A stretch of 64,000 nucleotides of DNA from a virus: the IMG/VR virus record IMGVR_UViG_3300029286_000013. One strand, written 5' to 3'. The translations under genes were made by a program, and so were the position numbers. Below the pieces are notes generated by a model. That model made no database searches. It had not been told where the DNA came from and saw only the letters and a list, made by a program, of their open reading frames with translations. Position 1 is the stretch's first letter. Every line of letters begins with the position of its first letter. This document shows positions 1-11,400 of the stretch, in pieces.

Positions 1-1
1 A

Positions 2-1315
2 TTTGTTGCTAGTGAAGAACCTGACCCTGACACGAACAGTCCAGAAGTTGTTACAAAAAAAGATATACCTCCTGTTAAATGGTATAATTTAAGCACTGAA
101 GTTAAAGCATTAGGTTTTGATACTAAAGTAGGTGATTTTGCATATGAAATTACATATGTAATACAACCATATGAAACTCCGGCTGCATCCTCACCATACA
201 CAAAATCTAGTAAGTATTATGGTCCGCACAAACGATATGAATATTGGTTTACTGGCAAGAACAGTGAAGTTATATCATATGAACAGACTATGGATAATAC
301 ATTTATGAATGTGGCACTAACACCTAATGGCGATCCAGCAAGTCAAGGCGGAGGGGCAAACATACCTACATTTCCTAATAAAAAACAAAACCAAGATACA
401 CAGGGAAGACAAGATGTGGGTATGGAAGCACAAAACGCATATATGACTAGTCTGTTTGATCCAGGTTCATATACTAAAGCCAAAGTTACTATATTAGGTG
501 ATCCTGATTATCTGGTGCAAGAAACACCGGCAAGTGTTAATCAAGTTTATAATCAGTTTTACGGTAGTGATGGGTTTACTATTAATCCTAACGGTGGACA
601 AGTTTTTATTGAGATAGATTTTAAAGAAGCAGTGGATTACACAAATAGTGACGGTTTATTAAACATCAACGAATCTATATACTTTTGGAACTATCCTGCC
701 GCAGTAGCTAATAAGGTTAAGGGTGTTAGCTTTATGGTTCTTGATATAGAACATAATTTTAGAGGTGGCAAGTTTGAGCAAGTATTAAATTGTACCATCA
801 ATGATTTCCCGGGCGTAGTAGGAACACCGGCGGCGGCACTTGGTGGAAGAGCAAATGTAACAGATGCTACAGCCGCAAGAACGGGCGTAGCATTAACTAC
901 TGAAACTGCTGCCAATGCAAGGGCAACATTTGCGGCAAATGATCCTAGAAGAATTGATTTATCAAGTTCAGATGTACGCACTAGCACAAGCGAAGGAGGA
1001 AATGGATCAACACCAAGTAGTGGAAGTAGCACATCGGCATCAACTGGGTTTACGCAAGATGACGCAACTGGTGTAGCTGAGGCAGTCGCTGTTCAAGCGG
1101 CAATTCAACAGCCAGAAAATTTATCATATGACTATGCCGATACTCCAACTACAACTACAACAGAAAGCACAAATCAAGGTGTAGCAAATGACGATAGCGT
1201 TCAAAATGCAGGTCAAACACAATCCGGTATTGCTAATTCTCAAAGTCCGGATGCAGGTAGAGAAACAGAAAACACAACATTACTTACTGGTGCAAGACCG
1301 GGTGAAGGCGCATAA
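2..1315 (+). CDS. Baseplate hub-like (gp27-like) tail protein, 5'-truncated by the window edge
   Basis: Frame is open from base 2 (FVASEEPDPD...YEYWFTGKNSEV) into the tracked ORF 290..1315, so the real start lies upstream. Contains 'VTILGDP' and 'IEHNFRGGKFEQVL' segments like hub proteins and lies directly upstream of a gp5-like gene (TAATG overlap). Confidence 0.55.
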   Translation, partial: FVASEEPDPDTNSPEVVTKKDIPPVKWYNLSTEVKALGFDTKVGDFAYEITYVIQPYETPAASSPYTKSSKYYGPHKRYEYWFTGKNSEVISYEQTMDNTFMNVALTPNGDPASQGGGANIPTFPNKKQNQDTQGRQDVGMEAQNAYMTSLFDPGSYTKAKVTILGDPDYLVQETPASVNQVYNQFYGSDGFTINPNGGQVFIEIDFKEAVDYTNSDGLLNINESIYFWNYPAAVANKVKGVSFMVLDIEHNFRGGKFEQVLNCTINDFPGVVGTPAAALGGRANVTDATAARTGVALTTETAANARATFAANDPRRIDLSSSDVRTSTSEGGNGSTPSSGSSTSASTGFTQDDATGVAEAVAVQAAIQQPENLSYDYADTPTTTTTESTNQGVANDDSVQNAGQTQSGIANSQSPDAGRETENTTLLTGARPGEGA

Positions 1316-4300
1316 TGGCAAATAATATCTTTAAACCCAAAGGCGCAACAAGCGCAAATAAACTAGGTGCAGGTGGTGCAGTAGTTAGTCCTGTACCTGT
1401 ATTTGGAATAGTAAAAGATAACATCGACCCTATACGTTCGGGTAGATTACGTGTATACCTAAGTGATATGGGCGGTACAGATCCAGATGATGCCAATAGT
1501 TGGGTAACCGTCAACTATATGACTTCATTCTATGGCTTGACTGAGGGTACAGGTGACAAGACAGGGTATGGCACATATTTGCAAAATCCAATTAGTTATG
1601 GTGTGTGGAATAGTCCACCGGATATAGGCACAACTGTTATATGTATTTTTATTAATGGTGATCCTAACTATGGTTATTGGATTGGTTGTGTACCTGAGCC
1701 AGAAGCATTATACATGGTGCCAGCTAACGGATCAACTGAAACTGCTGTATTAAATCCTAGTGAAGCAAATAGTTACGGTGGTGCAAAGAAACTTCCAGTA
1801 ACTAATATCAATACTAATAACGATGCAATCAATAATAGTCCTGCTTTTTATAATGAACCTAAACCAGTTAACAGTTATCTTGCAGGCGTATTAAATCAAC
1901 AAGGTCTAATAAGAGATACAATACGTGGTACTATAGGAACCAGTAGTCAACGTGAAAGTCCTAGTCGTGTTGGTTGGGGAGTTAATACACCAGGTAGACC
2001 TATATATGAAGGTGGATTTACAGATGAAACGATTGCAGATGCCGCAACTGGAACAGGACAACAAAGTAGTTTAAAAATAACTTCACGTAGAGTTGGTCAC
2101 AGTATTGTAATGGATGATGGTGATCTATTAGGTAGAGACCAATTAGTAAGATTACGTAGTAGCTTAGGTCATCAGATATTAATGAGTGATGACGGACAAT
2201 GTTTGTTCATTATTCACGCTAACGGACAAAGTTGGATAGAGTTAGGTAAAGAAGGTACAATTGATATGTACGCTACTAACTCAGTTAACATACGAACACA
2301 GGGTGATTTAAATCTACACGCTGATAACAATATTAATATAAATGCTAAAAAAGATTTAAAAATCTCAGCAGAGAATATTAATATTGAGACTGACAAAAAG
2401 ATGGAAATCAAAGCGGGCACAGATTTCTCAACTTATACATTAGGTAAATACACATTAAAAACTGATTACCAAATGAGTTTTAAATCAGGTGGTGAAGCAA
2501 GTTTTGCAAGTCAGAATACAACATATATCAATGGTAGTAAGATTAACTTGAACACAGGTTCATCAGGTACAGTTCCTCAGGTAGTCAAACCACTAACTAG
2601 AGTGGCACACACTGATACACTATACGATGCTACAAAAGGTTGGGCGGCAGCACCGGGAGCATTAGTAAGCATTGTAAGTAGAGCACCTGCACATAGTCCT
2701 TGGGCTAGTGCAAATCAAGGTGTTGATGTAAAAGTAGATAACAATGCTAGTGCAAACTTCCCAAGCGCACCCTCAGCGGCTGTTGCAGCCACTAATGCTT
2801 CTGTACCAAGTACACCTAGTGCACCGGTTGCACCTAGTGTAGCATCAACTGTTCCAGTGACTGGGGCAATCAGTAAAGCACTAGATACAAATACTACAAC
2901 CGGTATGGTTGGTGCTGTTGCAACAGCGGCACAGACTGGAAAAGCCGCTGCCGCAGTTAAACTAGGAGCAGGAGTGGTAGACGGTACTGCTGTAATAGGT
3001 AAAATGGCACAATCTACGCAACAACTTGAAGCGGCTGGTGTAATTAAACCTGGATCAGCCACATTAGTAAATGCATTAATTAGTTCAGGTAAAACAATTG
3101 AACAGGCGATGCCTTCGGCTATTTTTACAGGAAAGCCGGGAGCAGAAAACATCGCAACTTATATTAATAATCCTACAGCACAGGTTCAAACACAAGTTAG
3201 TAACTTCCAACAAGCACAAACACAACTTACACAAGCAGGCGTTATAACAGGCAAAGAAGCATCTGGTCAAATTGCCGGACTAGTTACTGCTACTGCCAGT
3301 GTTGGTTTAGCTAGTACTGTTAATTATTTAAAAACAGCATCAGGTGCATTAGGTGTCGGCGGAGTTTCTGGAATAGTGGGTAAGGCAGGTGGAGCAGTCA
3401 ACACAATGTTAGGTAGTGTAACTGGTGCAATATCTTCTGGTAATTTTGCAGCCAACTTAACTTCAGTTGTAACAGGTGGATTAGGTTCTATTGCAACATC
3501 ATTAGGTGGTTTAACAAAACTAGGTGGCGGACTAAGTGGGTTATTAGATAGTGCTAAAGGTGTTGCTGGTAGTGCGTTTGCCGCAATTACTAAAGGATTT
3601 CCAACTCTCAAGGCAGGCGTTCCGCAAAACTTAAAACAAATTGCTGATAAGGCTACAGCAGATGTACAAGCGTCTGGTACAGAAGCTAGCGATGTTGCAG
3701 GAGTACTAAAATCTGCGGCTGCAAACTCAGGAATAGATGCCGCAAGTATTGCCTCAGGAGCAGCCTCATCAGCTACTAATGGACTAGCAAGTGTTACAAC
3801 AGCAGTTACTACTGGTTTAGGAGCTTCTACTAATTTAGCATCAGCCGCAGAAAATGCAGTAAATGCGGCTAAAGCAACATTACCAGCAAGTGCATCGACT
3901 GGACTAAGTGGATTACCGGGAGCACAAAGTGCTGTATCAAATATTATAGATAATGCTAAAGGTGCGGTAAATCTAATACCTGGAACTGCTGGAATAACAG
4001 CCGCTTTGGGACAAGTTAATGCGGCTGTAAATATAGGCTCATTACCAGGTGGTGCAAGTAGTTTAATCAATCAACTAAAATTACCCGGCGCATCATTACA
4101 AGCATTAGCGAGTATTGGACTAAGTCCTGCATTGGCTGCTAAATTGAATAGTTCAATAGCATCATTAAGTTCGGGTGGGTCAGTGCCAATAACATTACCA
4201 AATATAGGTACTAGAACTGATAATACTCGCCCTGCTTTAGCAAGTCAACTAGAGAATTTATTTGGTAGCAGTAAAATACCTACACCAAACTACGCCGGCA

Positions 4301-4575
4301 ATCCTGCAACGACAGGGGAAACTTCAGGTACTGTGGCAGTAAATAAATTACAAGAAAAATTAAAACAACTTAATGATATAACGGCTGAAATTGATGTACA
4401 AAAGGAGGTAGTATCTACGGCAACATTGGCTCTACGCAAAGCGACAGAAGATTTGCCTGCAGGAGATCCGGGAATTGAAACTGCAAAACAAGAATATATT
4501 GCACAACAAGTAAAAATGTTAGCGTTATTAAAGAAATCGACTGAATTAGCTTCCGATGCTAATAAACTTATCTAA
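1315..4575 (+). CDS. gp5/VgrG-like baseplate central spike with long Ala/Ser/Thr/Gly-rich C-terminal extension
   Basis: N-terminal OB-fold pattern 'GIVKDNIDPIRSGRLRVYL...WV...PPDIGTTVICIFINGDPNYGYWIGC', then beta-helix-like repeats (GHSIVMDD...GHQILMSDD...INGSKINLN); followed by gp25- and gp6-like genes. Confidence 0.8.
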   Translation: MANNIFKPKGATSANKLGAGGAVVSPVPVFGIVKDNIDPIRSGRLRVYLSDMGGTDPDDANSWVTVNYMTSFYGLTEGTGDKTGYGTYLQNPISYGVWNSPPDIGTTVICIFINGDPNYGYWIGCVPEPEALYMVPANGSTETAVLNPSEANSYGGAKKLPVTNINTNNDAINNSPAFYNEPKPVNSYLAGVLNQQGLIRDTIRGTIGTSSQRESPSRVGWGVNTPGRPIYEGGFTDETIADAATGTGQQSSLKITSRRVGHSIVMDDGDLLGRDQLVRLRSSLGHQILMSDDGQCLFIIHANGQSWIELGKEGTIDMYATNSVNIRTQGDLNLHADNNININAKKDLKISAENINIETDKKMEIKAGTDFSTYTLGKYTLKTDYQMSFKSGGEASFASQNTTYINGSKINLNTGSSGTVPQVVKPLTRVAHTDTLYDATKGWAAAPGALVSIVSRAPAHSPWASANQGVDVKVDNNASANFPSAPSAAVAATNASVPSTPSAPVAPSVASTVPVTGAISKALDTNTTTGMVGAVATAAQTGKAAAAVKLGAGVVDGTAVIGKMAQSTQQLEAAGVIKPGSATLVNALISSGKTIEQAMPSAIFTGKPGAENIATYINNPTAQVQTQVSNFQQAQTQLTQAGVITGKEASGQIAGLVTATASVGLASTVNYLKTASGALGVGGVSGIVGKAGGAVNTMLGSVTGAISSGNFAANLTSVVTGGLGSIATSLGGLTKLGGGLSGLLDSAKGVAGSAFAAITKGFPTLKAGVPQNLKQIADKATADVQASGTEASDVAGVLKSAAANSGIDAASIASGAASSATNGLASVTTAVTTGLGASTNLASAAENAVNAAKATLPASASTGLSGLPGAQSAVSNIIDNAKGAVNLIPGTAGITAALGQVNAAVNIGSLPGGASSLINQLKLPGASLQALASIGLSPALAAKLNSSIASLSSGGSVPITLPNIGTRTDNTRPALASQLENLFGSSKIPTPNYAGNPATTGETSGTVAVNKLQEKLKQLNDITAEIDVQKEVVSTATLALRKATEDLPAGDPGIETAKQEYIAQQVKMLALLKKSTELASDANKLI

Positions 4576-4595
4576 ATACATTATAGGATAAAAAT

Positions 4596-5045
4596 ATGCC
4601 AACATATATAGGATTTTCAACAATCGGGGCGAATGAACCAAAGACAACTAATGCTAGTACCGGTATAGATGGTGGTACAGGTGGTGTATTACAACCAACT
4701 ATCCCGGGTAAAAAGTATCGTTTAGTAGATGAAGCTTTAGTGGTAAGAGACTTTATAAATGCATTGAATATTCAACAAGGACAAAAAGTTGGTAATCCTG
4801 GATATGGTTCTACTATTTGGAGCTTTGTTTTTGAGCCCAATGATCCACAGACTCAATTTAGACTTGAAAATGAAATTCGTAGAATTGCCAATGGTGATCC
4901 TAGATTGATAATTAATACTGTAAAAAGTTATTCTCAGGAAAATGGCATATTACTTGAAGTAGAATTAGCTATCGCACCCTTTAACAATGCTGAAATATTG
5001 AATGTATTCTTCAATAATTTAACTAATACAGCAACGATTCAATAA
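4596..5045 (+). CDS. gp25-like baseplate wedge protein
   Basis: 149 aa, 'RDFINALNIQQGQKVGNPGYGSTIWSFVFEP...IRRIANGDPRL' matches the gp25/GPW pattern; AGGA Shine-Dalgarno upstream. Confidence 0.85.
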   Translation: MPTYIGFSTIGANEPKTTNASTGIDGGTGGVLQPTIPGKKYRLVDEALVVRDFINALNIQQGQKVGNPGYGSTIWSFVFEPNDPQTQFRLENEIRRIANGDPRLIINTVKSYSQENGILLEVELAIAPFNNAEILNVFFNNLTNTATIQ

Positions 5046-5066
5046 CAAAACAGTGGTTTCCTTTAA

Positions 5067-5074
5067 GATAAATA
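5067..5074 (+). promoter_or_regulatory. T4-like late promoter element (GATAAATA)
   Basis: Intergenic, upstream of the gp6-like gene. Related copies at 4572, 8459 (GATAAGTA), 27705, 28488, 30739, 52926 (TATAAATA), 56644 (CATAAGTA), 61597 and 61531-61538 (minus strand). Confidence 0.6.
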
Positions 5075-5091
5075 CTTAAAAGAGAATAACT

Positions 5092-8000
5092 ATGGCTACA
5101 AGTTCAAGACAATCAGCAATATTTGGTGTGCAAAATTGGCAGGCCATTTACCAAACCTTCCGAGAAGCAGATTTTAAAAGCTATGATTATGAAACTCTGC
5201 GTAAGAGTTTTATAGATTATCTGCGAGTGTATTATCCTGAAACGTTTAACGATTACATTGAGTCTAGCGAATTTATTGCTTTACTTGACGTTATTGCGTT
5301 TATGGGTCAAGGTCTTGCTTTCCGCAACGATTTAAATACACGTGAAAACTTCATTGATACTGCCGAACGTAGAGACAGTGTTGTTAAACTAGCCAACTTA
5401 GTAAGCTATAACCCAAAGCGTAATAATGCAGGACAGGGTTATTTAAAAGTAACTAATATTAGTACAACTGAGAATATCACCGACATTAATGGTGTTAATC
5501 TAAGTAATCAAACAATTCTTTGGAATGATCCTGCAAATGCTAACTGGTTAGAGCAGTTCAATACAGTTGTAAATGCCACATTAATTAATAGTCAACGAGT
5601 AGGTCGTCCTGGAAATAGTGCTGATTTGTTAGGAGTTAAGACTGATGAATATAGTATTAATATTCCACCTGCTAGTTTACCTATTGTACCATTTACAAGT
5701 ACAGTAGATACTATCAATATGAATTTTGAATTAGTTAGTGCCACTAGTTTAGATGAAGATTATGTTTATGAGATACCGCCGGCACCAAGCGGCAAGATGA
5801 ATATGATGTATCGTAACGATAGATTAGGTTACGGTAGTCCAAATACAGGTTTCTTCTTTTATTTTAAACAAGGAACATTACAGACTTACGATTTCAATTT
5901 AGCTCAACAGATTAGTAATCAGGTAGTTGATATTGATATTCAGGGTATTAATAACACAGATACATGGTTATATCAAATAAATGCTAGCAATGGTGGTAGA
6001 ACATTATGGAGATTAGTAGATAGTGTTTACGCTAATGCTAATTTACAAACGGAAACTAGTTATAAGAAAGTATTCTCAGTTGTTTCCAGATTCAATGACC
6101 AAGTTAGTTATACTTTCGGTGATGGAGTATTTTCCGAAGCACCAGTTGGAACATTTAGAGCATATGTACGTGCAGGTAATGCATTGACATATACTATTGA
6201 CCAAACTGAAATGCAAGGAATTCAAGTAACAATACAGTATATTAGCAGAGCAGGACGAACAGAAGCACTCACTATAGGATTAGCATTACAAACACCAGCT
6301 TCAACAGCGCAAGCCAGAGAATCATTAGCAAACATTAAACTACGTGCTCCTGCTCGATATTATACACAGAACAGAATGGTTAATGGTGAAGATTATACAA
6401 ATTTCCCATATACATTATACAGTTCAATTATTAAAAGTGCCGCTATTAATCGCAGTTCTATTGGCGTGTCTAAAAACTTAGACCTACTTGATCCTACAGG
6501 AAAATACTCCAGCACGAATTCATTTGCAAGTGATGGTGGATTATATCAAAATAGCGATAACGGTAATTTGTTATTGACTATAACTAACACTGGCGATATT
6601 ATTAAGTTCTTAACTGATAACTTAGCATTAGCGTTAGCTGACAATAGAGCAAGACAATATTATCTACAAAATTATCCACGCTATAATATTAACAATGCTT
6701 CAGGTGATGGCACTGTATATTGGAACACAAGCACAACTGACGCAAATAGCATCACTGGTTATTTTTATAACATTGATGGTTCAGCAAATACTCCTATTGC
6801 TACTGGAACATACAACACACATAATATGAAGTATGTAACTAAAAGCGCATTAATTAAAGTTACTGCACCAAACGGTGCATACTTTGATGATAACAATCGA
6901 TTAGTTTATGGTATTGCAAGTGCAAGCGATACCACATACTTTTGGACTACTGTATTAAATGTTATTGGTGATGGTTATAATAATGGTGAAGGTAATTTCA
7001 GCAACGGCTCAGGTCCAGTTACACTAAACGGATATATTCCAACTGGAGCAATTATCACACAGGTTATACCATCATTTGGTAACACTCTTCCTACAGCAGT
7101 TATTAATGAATGTGTTATCAGAATGGAATTAAATCAAAGTTTCAGTTTGTTATTTAACAACGCATTATTGATTACACAAGACCGTTGGAGTATTGATGCA
7201 TATAACGCTACTGGTTGGTTTGTAAACTTTAACAGTGTTGGTAATAACAGATATCAAATTGAGTATAAGTCATTAAGATATTATTTTGGTAGTGTCGCAG
7301 ATACACGCTTCTGGTATGAGAGTGGTAAATTAGTATATGACCCATTTACTGGTAAAATATTAGCTGATTTTGTTAAAGTACTACCTTCAAATACACAACC
7401 AAATAGTAATGCACCATTAGCAAGACCAGTACAAATGAATGTAATTGGACAAACTGTTGAGAGTGATGGCTATGTAAATGATTTTGAAGTTGAAGTAGCA
7501 AGTATAGATATAAACAACAATGAAATTGTTGTTGACCCTGACTTCTTCCAAACAGTAACTGGTTATGTAACTGGTTCTAGTAATACAGGTATCTACACAT
7601 TCTTTGAATTAATTGAAGATGCTGTTAATTTATCACGTTACCAATTAATTGCTACGAGTGATATAATATACCAGTACCCAACATTAACAAATATTGAAGT
7701 AATTAAATATGAATATCCATTAGGCCAAGTATTCTATGCATTCAGCGAAAATGTATTTTATACTACTGTACAAGATACAAGTGTAACAACTCCTTATTAT
7801 CTAGTAGTTGAACAACCGCAATATAGTATGCAGCCTGGAAGACAAGCAATATTATATCAGTATAGGCATAACAGTAACAATACAACACGTATTGATCCTG
7901 CTACTACAAACATTATTGATTTATATTTGGTAACACAGGCATACTATACAGCCTACACAAATTGGATACAAGATACTACCGGTACAGTACCTAAACCAGA

Positions 8001-8463
8001 TGTCCCTACCATTAATGAATTACAGCAAGCATATGGTAATTTAGATGATTATAAAATGTTAACCGATAGTGTCATACCAAATAGTGTTCGCTTCCTTCCT
8101 TTGTTTGGAACAAAAGCCCCTGCACAATTGCAAGGAACAGTTAAGGTAATCAAGTCACCATCAACTAACGCAAGTGATAGTGAAATACGTAGCGCAGTAT
8201 TATCTGCAATGAATAGTTATTTTAATATTAATAACTGGAGCTTTGGAGACACATTTTATTTTAGTGAATTAGGAGCATATTTACACGCACAACTGGGAGA
8301 CCTTGTAAGTTCAGTTGTACTTGTACCAAACGATCCAACTATGAGCTTTGGAGATTTGTATGAAATCAAATCAGCACCTTATGAAATTTTTGTGAATGGT
8401 GCAACTGCAAGTGATGTAGTTGTGATTGCGGCTTTAACACCAGTGCAATTACAAATAAGATAA
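5092..8463 (+). CDS. gp6-like baseplate wedge protein
   Basis: 'DFKSYDYETLRKSFIDYLR...FNDYIESSEFIALLDVIA...ENFIDTAERRDSVVKLANLVSYNP', 'FGDGVF' and 'ESLANIKLRAPARYYTQNRMVNGEDY' are gp6/baseplate-J-type motifs. Confidence 0.85.
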   Translation: MATSSRQSAIFGVQNWQAIYQTFREADFKSYDYETLRKSFIDYLRVYYPETFNDYIESSEFIALLDVIAFMGQGLAFRNDLNTRENFIDTAERRDSVVKLANLVSYNPKRNNAGQGYLKVTNISTTENITDINGVNLSNQTILWNDPANANWLEQFNTVVNATLINSQRVGRPGNSADLLGVKTDEYSINIPPASLPIVPFTSTVDTINMNFELVSATSLDEDYVYEIPPAPSGKMNMMYRNDRLGYGSPNTGFFFYFKQGTLQTYDFNLAQQISNQVVDIDIQGINNTDTWLYQINASNGGRTLWRLVDSVYANANLQTETSYKKVFSVVSRFNDQVSYTFGDGVFSEAPVGTFRAYVRAGNALTYTIDQTEMQGIQVTIQYISRAGRTEALTIGLALQTPASTAQARESLANIKLRAPARYYTQNRMVNGEDYTNFPYTLYSSIIKSAAINRSSIGVSKNLDLLDPTGKYSSTNSFASDGGLYQNSDNGNLLLTITNTGDIIKFLTDNLALALADNRARQYYLQNYPRYNINNASGDGTVYWNTSTTDANSITGYFYNIDGSANTPIATGTYNTHNMKYVTKSALIKVTAPNGAYFDDNNRLVYGIASASDTTYFWTTVLNVIGDGYNNGEGNFSNGSGPVTLNGYIPTGAIITQVIPSFGNTLPTAVINECVIRMELNQSFSLLFNNALLITQDRWSIDAYNATGWFVNFNSVGNNRYQIEYKSLRYYFGSVADTRFWYESGKLVYDPFTGKILADFVKVLPSNTQPNSNAPLARPVQMNVIGQTVESDGYVNDFEVEVASIDINNNEIVVDPDFFQTVTGYVTGSSNTGIYTFFELIEDAVNLSRYQLIATSDIIYQYPTLTNIEVIKYEYPLGQVFYAFSENVFYTTVQDTSVTTPYYLVVEQPQYSMQPGRQAILYQYRHNSNNTTRIDPATTNIIDLYLVTQAYYTAYTNWIQDTTGTVPKPDVPTINELQQAYGNLDDYKMLTDSVIPNSVRFLPLFGTKAPAQLQGTVKVIKSPSTNASDSEIRSAVLSAMNSYFNINNWSFGDTFYFSELGAYLHAQLGDLVSSVVLVPNDPTMSFGDLYEIKSAPYEIFVNGATASDVVVIAALTPVQLQIR

Positions 8464-8487
8464 GTATATAACAACTAGAGAGTTATA

Positions 8488-11400
8488 ATGGCAGCACGAA
8501 TTAGAACACTAAATTTTTTACCAGAGATATTCCAAACACCTACTAATAGTCAATTCTTGGGGGCAACACTGGATCAAATCGTTGACCAACCCAATACGAT
8601 GAGGATTGAGGGTTATATTGGTAGTAAATTTGGTTATGGTATTAACGCTAAAGATAATTACGTAGTAGAACCTACAAAAGTTCGCAGAGATTATCAATTA
8701 GATCCTGGAGTTGTTTTTACCAAAACAAATACAAATACTGCTAAAGATTTTATCAGTTATCCCGGTATCATAGATGCATTAAAATTAGAAGGTGCATTAA
8801 CAGATAACAATGATAGATTATTCAACAGTGAATTTTATTCTTGGGATAGCTTTACTAACTTAGATAAAATAATTAACTTTAATCAATATTATTGGTTGCC
8901 AACAGGTGCACCATCTGTTAATATTTCCACAGATATTGTTTATACTGCCACAGACTACACAGTTAGAAGTCTACCTAATGGTTATAATATATCGAGTGAC
9001 GTTAATCCAGCCGGCACAACCAATCCCACATTAACATTGATTCGTGGTGGCACATATACGTTTACTGTAAATCAGCCTACTGAATTTTGGATTCAAGGTA
9101 AACCGGGTATTACTGGATATGATCCACAACAACTTAATTTACAAACACGTGATGTATTGGGTGTTGAAAATAATGGCACGACTACCGGTGTCGTTATATT
9201 TACAGTACCATATAAAAATGCACAAGATGAATATAACTTCCCGGGTAATAATTTAGTAGACGTTGTGTCTACTACACCGTTCGACCAAATCAATGGTCAG
9301 TTGTTAAGTGATGTAGGCAACATTGATGGCGTGACAGGACTTGAAGGTCTTACTGTTATGTTTTACAATACCGGAGTTGTTGATGAACAAGGATTTACTT
9401 CTAAGTTTTATGATACTACATTATTTGATGAAGATGGTGGTGCGAGCTACACACCACCTGGCACTAGTGCTGATTTCAATAATTTTGAAGGTGGCTTTTA
9501 TACGGATGTATCTGCTACATTCTACACAATAACTTATGTAGGTGACCCATCTGATCCTGTATTAAGATTAGTTCCTGCAAGTAACATTCCAACAAATGAA
9601 AAGATTACTGCAAACTATGGCACAGAATGGAAAGCACGAAACTTTTTCCGCAACACTAGTGGATCTATTAATCTTGTACCATATCTAAGTGCTATATTAG
9701 ATACATTGTATTACCAAGACGGCACAAGTGCTAACAAGGTTGGTATCATTAGATTGATTGAAAGCAATTCAACTAATCAAATAGATATTACTGAAATATT
9801 AGGTCAACAACAATATACAAGTCCAAATGGTGTAGTGTTTACTAATGGTCTTAAAGTAAGTTTCAGTGGTGATATTTTTCCTACAAGCTATAAAGATGGT
9901 GAATATTATGTAGAAGGTGTTGGTACAGCAATTGAATTATTAAACGTAGCAGACCTTATTACACCGGAACCTTTTACTGAAGGTGCATACACCCCATTTG
10001 ATTCATTGCCATATGATATAGGTAACTATGATAGCACACTATACATCCCTGTGTATCAAGATTATATTACGATTGCACGAAACAGTATAGATAAAAATGC
10101 TTGGTCAAGAAGCAACCGTTGGTTCCACATTGATGTTATCAATGCAACTGCTACCTATAATAATAATCCTGCGATTGCAACAATATATGCAACACAGGAC
10201 AATAAAGCTAAACGCCCAATCATTGAGTTTTATCCTAATTTAAGGTTATTTAATAATGGTGTCGTTGGCAAAGATCCAATTGATTTCTTTGATGATAGAA
10301 CAACTGATGCATTTACACTTGTAGCCGGTCAAGAAAATTATTGGCCAGACGTTGAAACATATACTGCTTATACTGCAACTATTGCAGGTGTTACTGGAAC
10401 AAGTACGACAATTACTATTGCCGCATCAGATGTTACCGGCACATTTCAGGTTGGGCAATACATAAGTGATACTACAAATGTCTTACCTAGAAATACTCAA
10501 ATTACTACTATTACAGGTACGTCAACCTTAACACTTACTGTGACTTGGGATACTTCTACAACGATTCCTGCCACTACAGGTTCATCATTGGTAGCAAATG
10601 ATTTATCAAATGATAATTATTCATTATATGATGGTGCAAGAATTGTTTTTTCTGCCGATACAAATGAAAATGTTAGAAACAAAATATATGTTGTAAGATT
10701 TTCTGATATACAAGGTACAGGCACGCCGGTAATTACTCTTACTGAAGCAAGTGACGGATTAGTATTACCGTTGGAATGCACCTTTGCATTTAAGGGATAT
10801 AATAATGAAGGTAAAGATTTTTACTTTGATGGTATTGAATGGTTAATAGCACAACAAAAAACAACAGTTAATCAAGCACCATACTTTGATATATTTGATA
10901 ATGATGGCATTAGTTTTGGCAACACCGATGTATATGTAGGTACATCATTTGCTGGCAATAAATTATTCAGTTATGGAATTGGTTCTGGAATTAAAGATAT
11001 TGTACTAGGATTCCCACTACGTTATAGTGCAGTTAATAACGTAGGTGATATCAGTTTTGACGTACCATTAAACAGTGAAACATTTAATTATGTAAGTGGT
11101 ACTAATCCAATTACACAAAAAGTTAATACAGGTTATGTATATAATTACACATCTGGAACAACTGTTGTTAGACAATTAGGATGGCAAACCGCTGTTGCAG
11201 AAAGTCGTCAGTATCAAATATTTTCTTTTAACTATGTTGCATCTGAAGCAACTACAACCTATACTTGTGATATAGCTGCCTCAACAAATACAGTATGGCC
11301 TAATATTCAAGTTTACGTTAATAACGTATTACAAGATACATCAACTTATACTTTTACCATTACAGATAATACTACAGTTGTAAATTTCACTGTACCTAAT

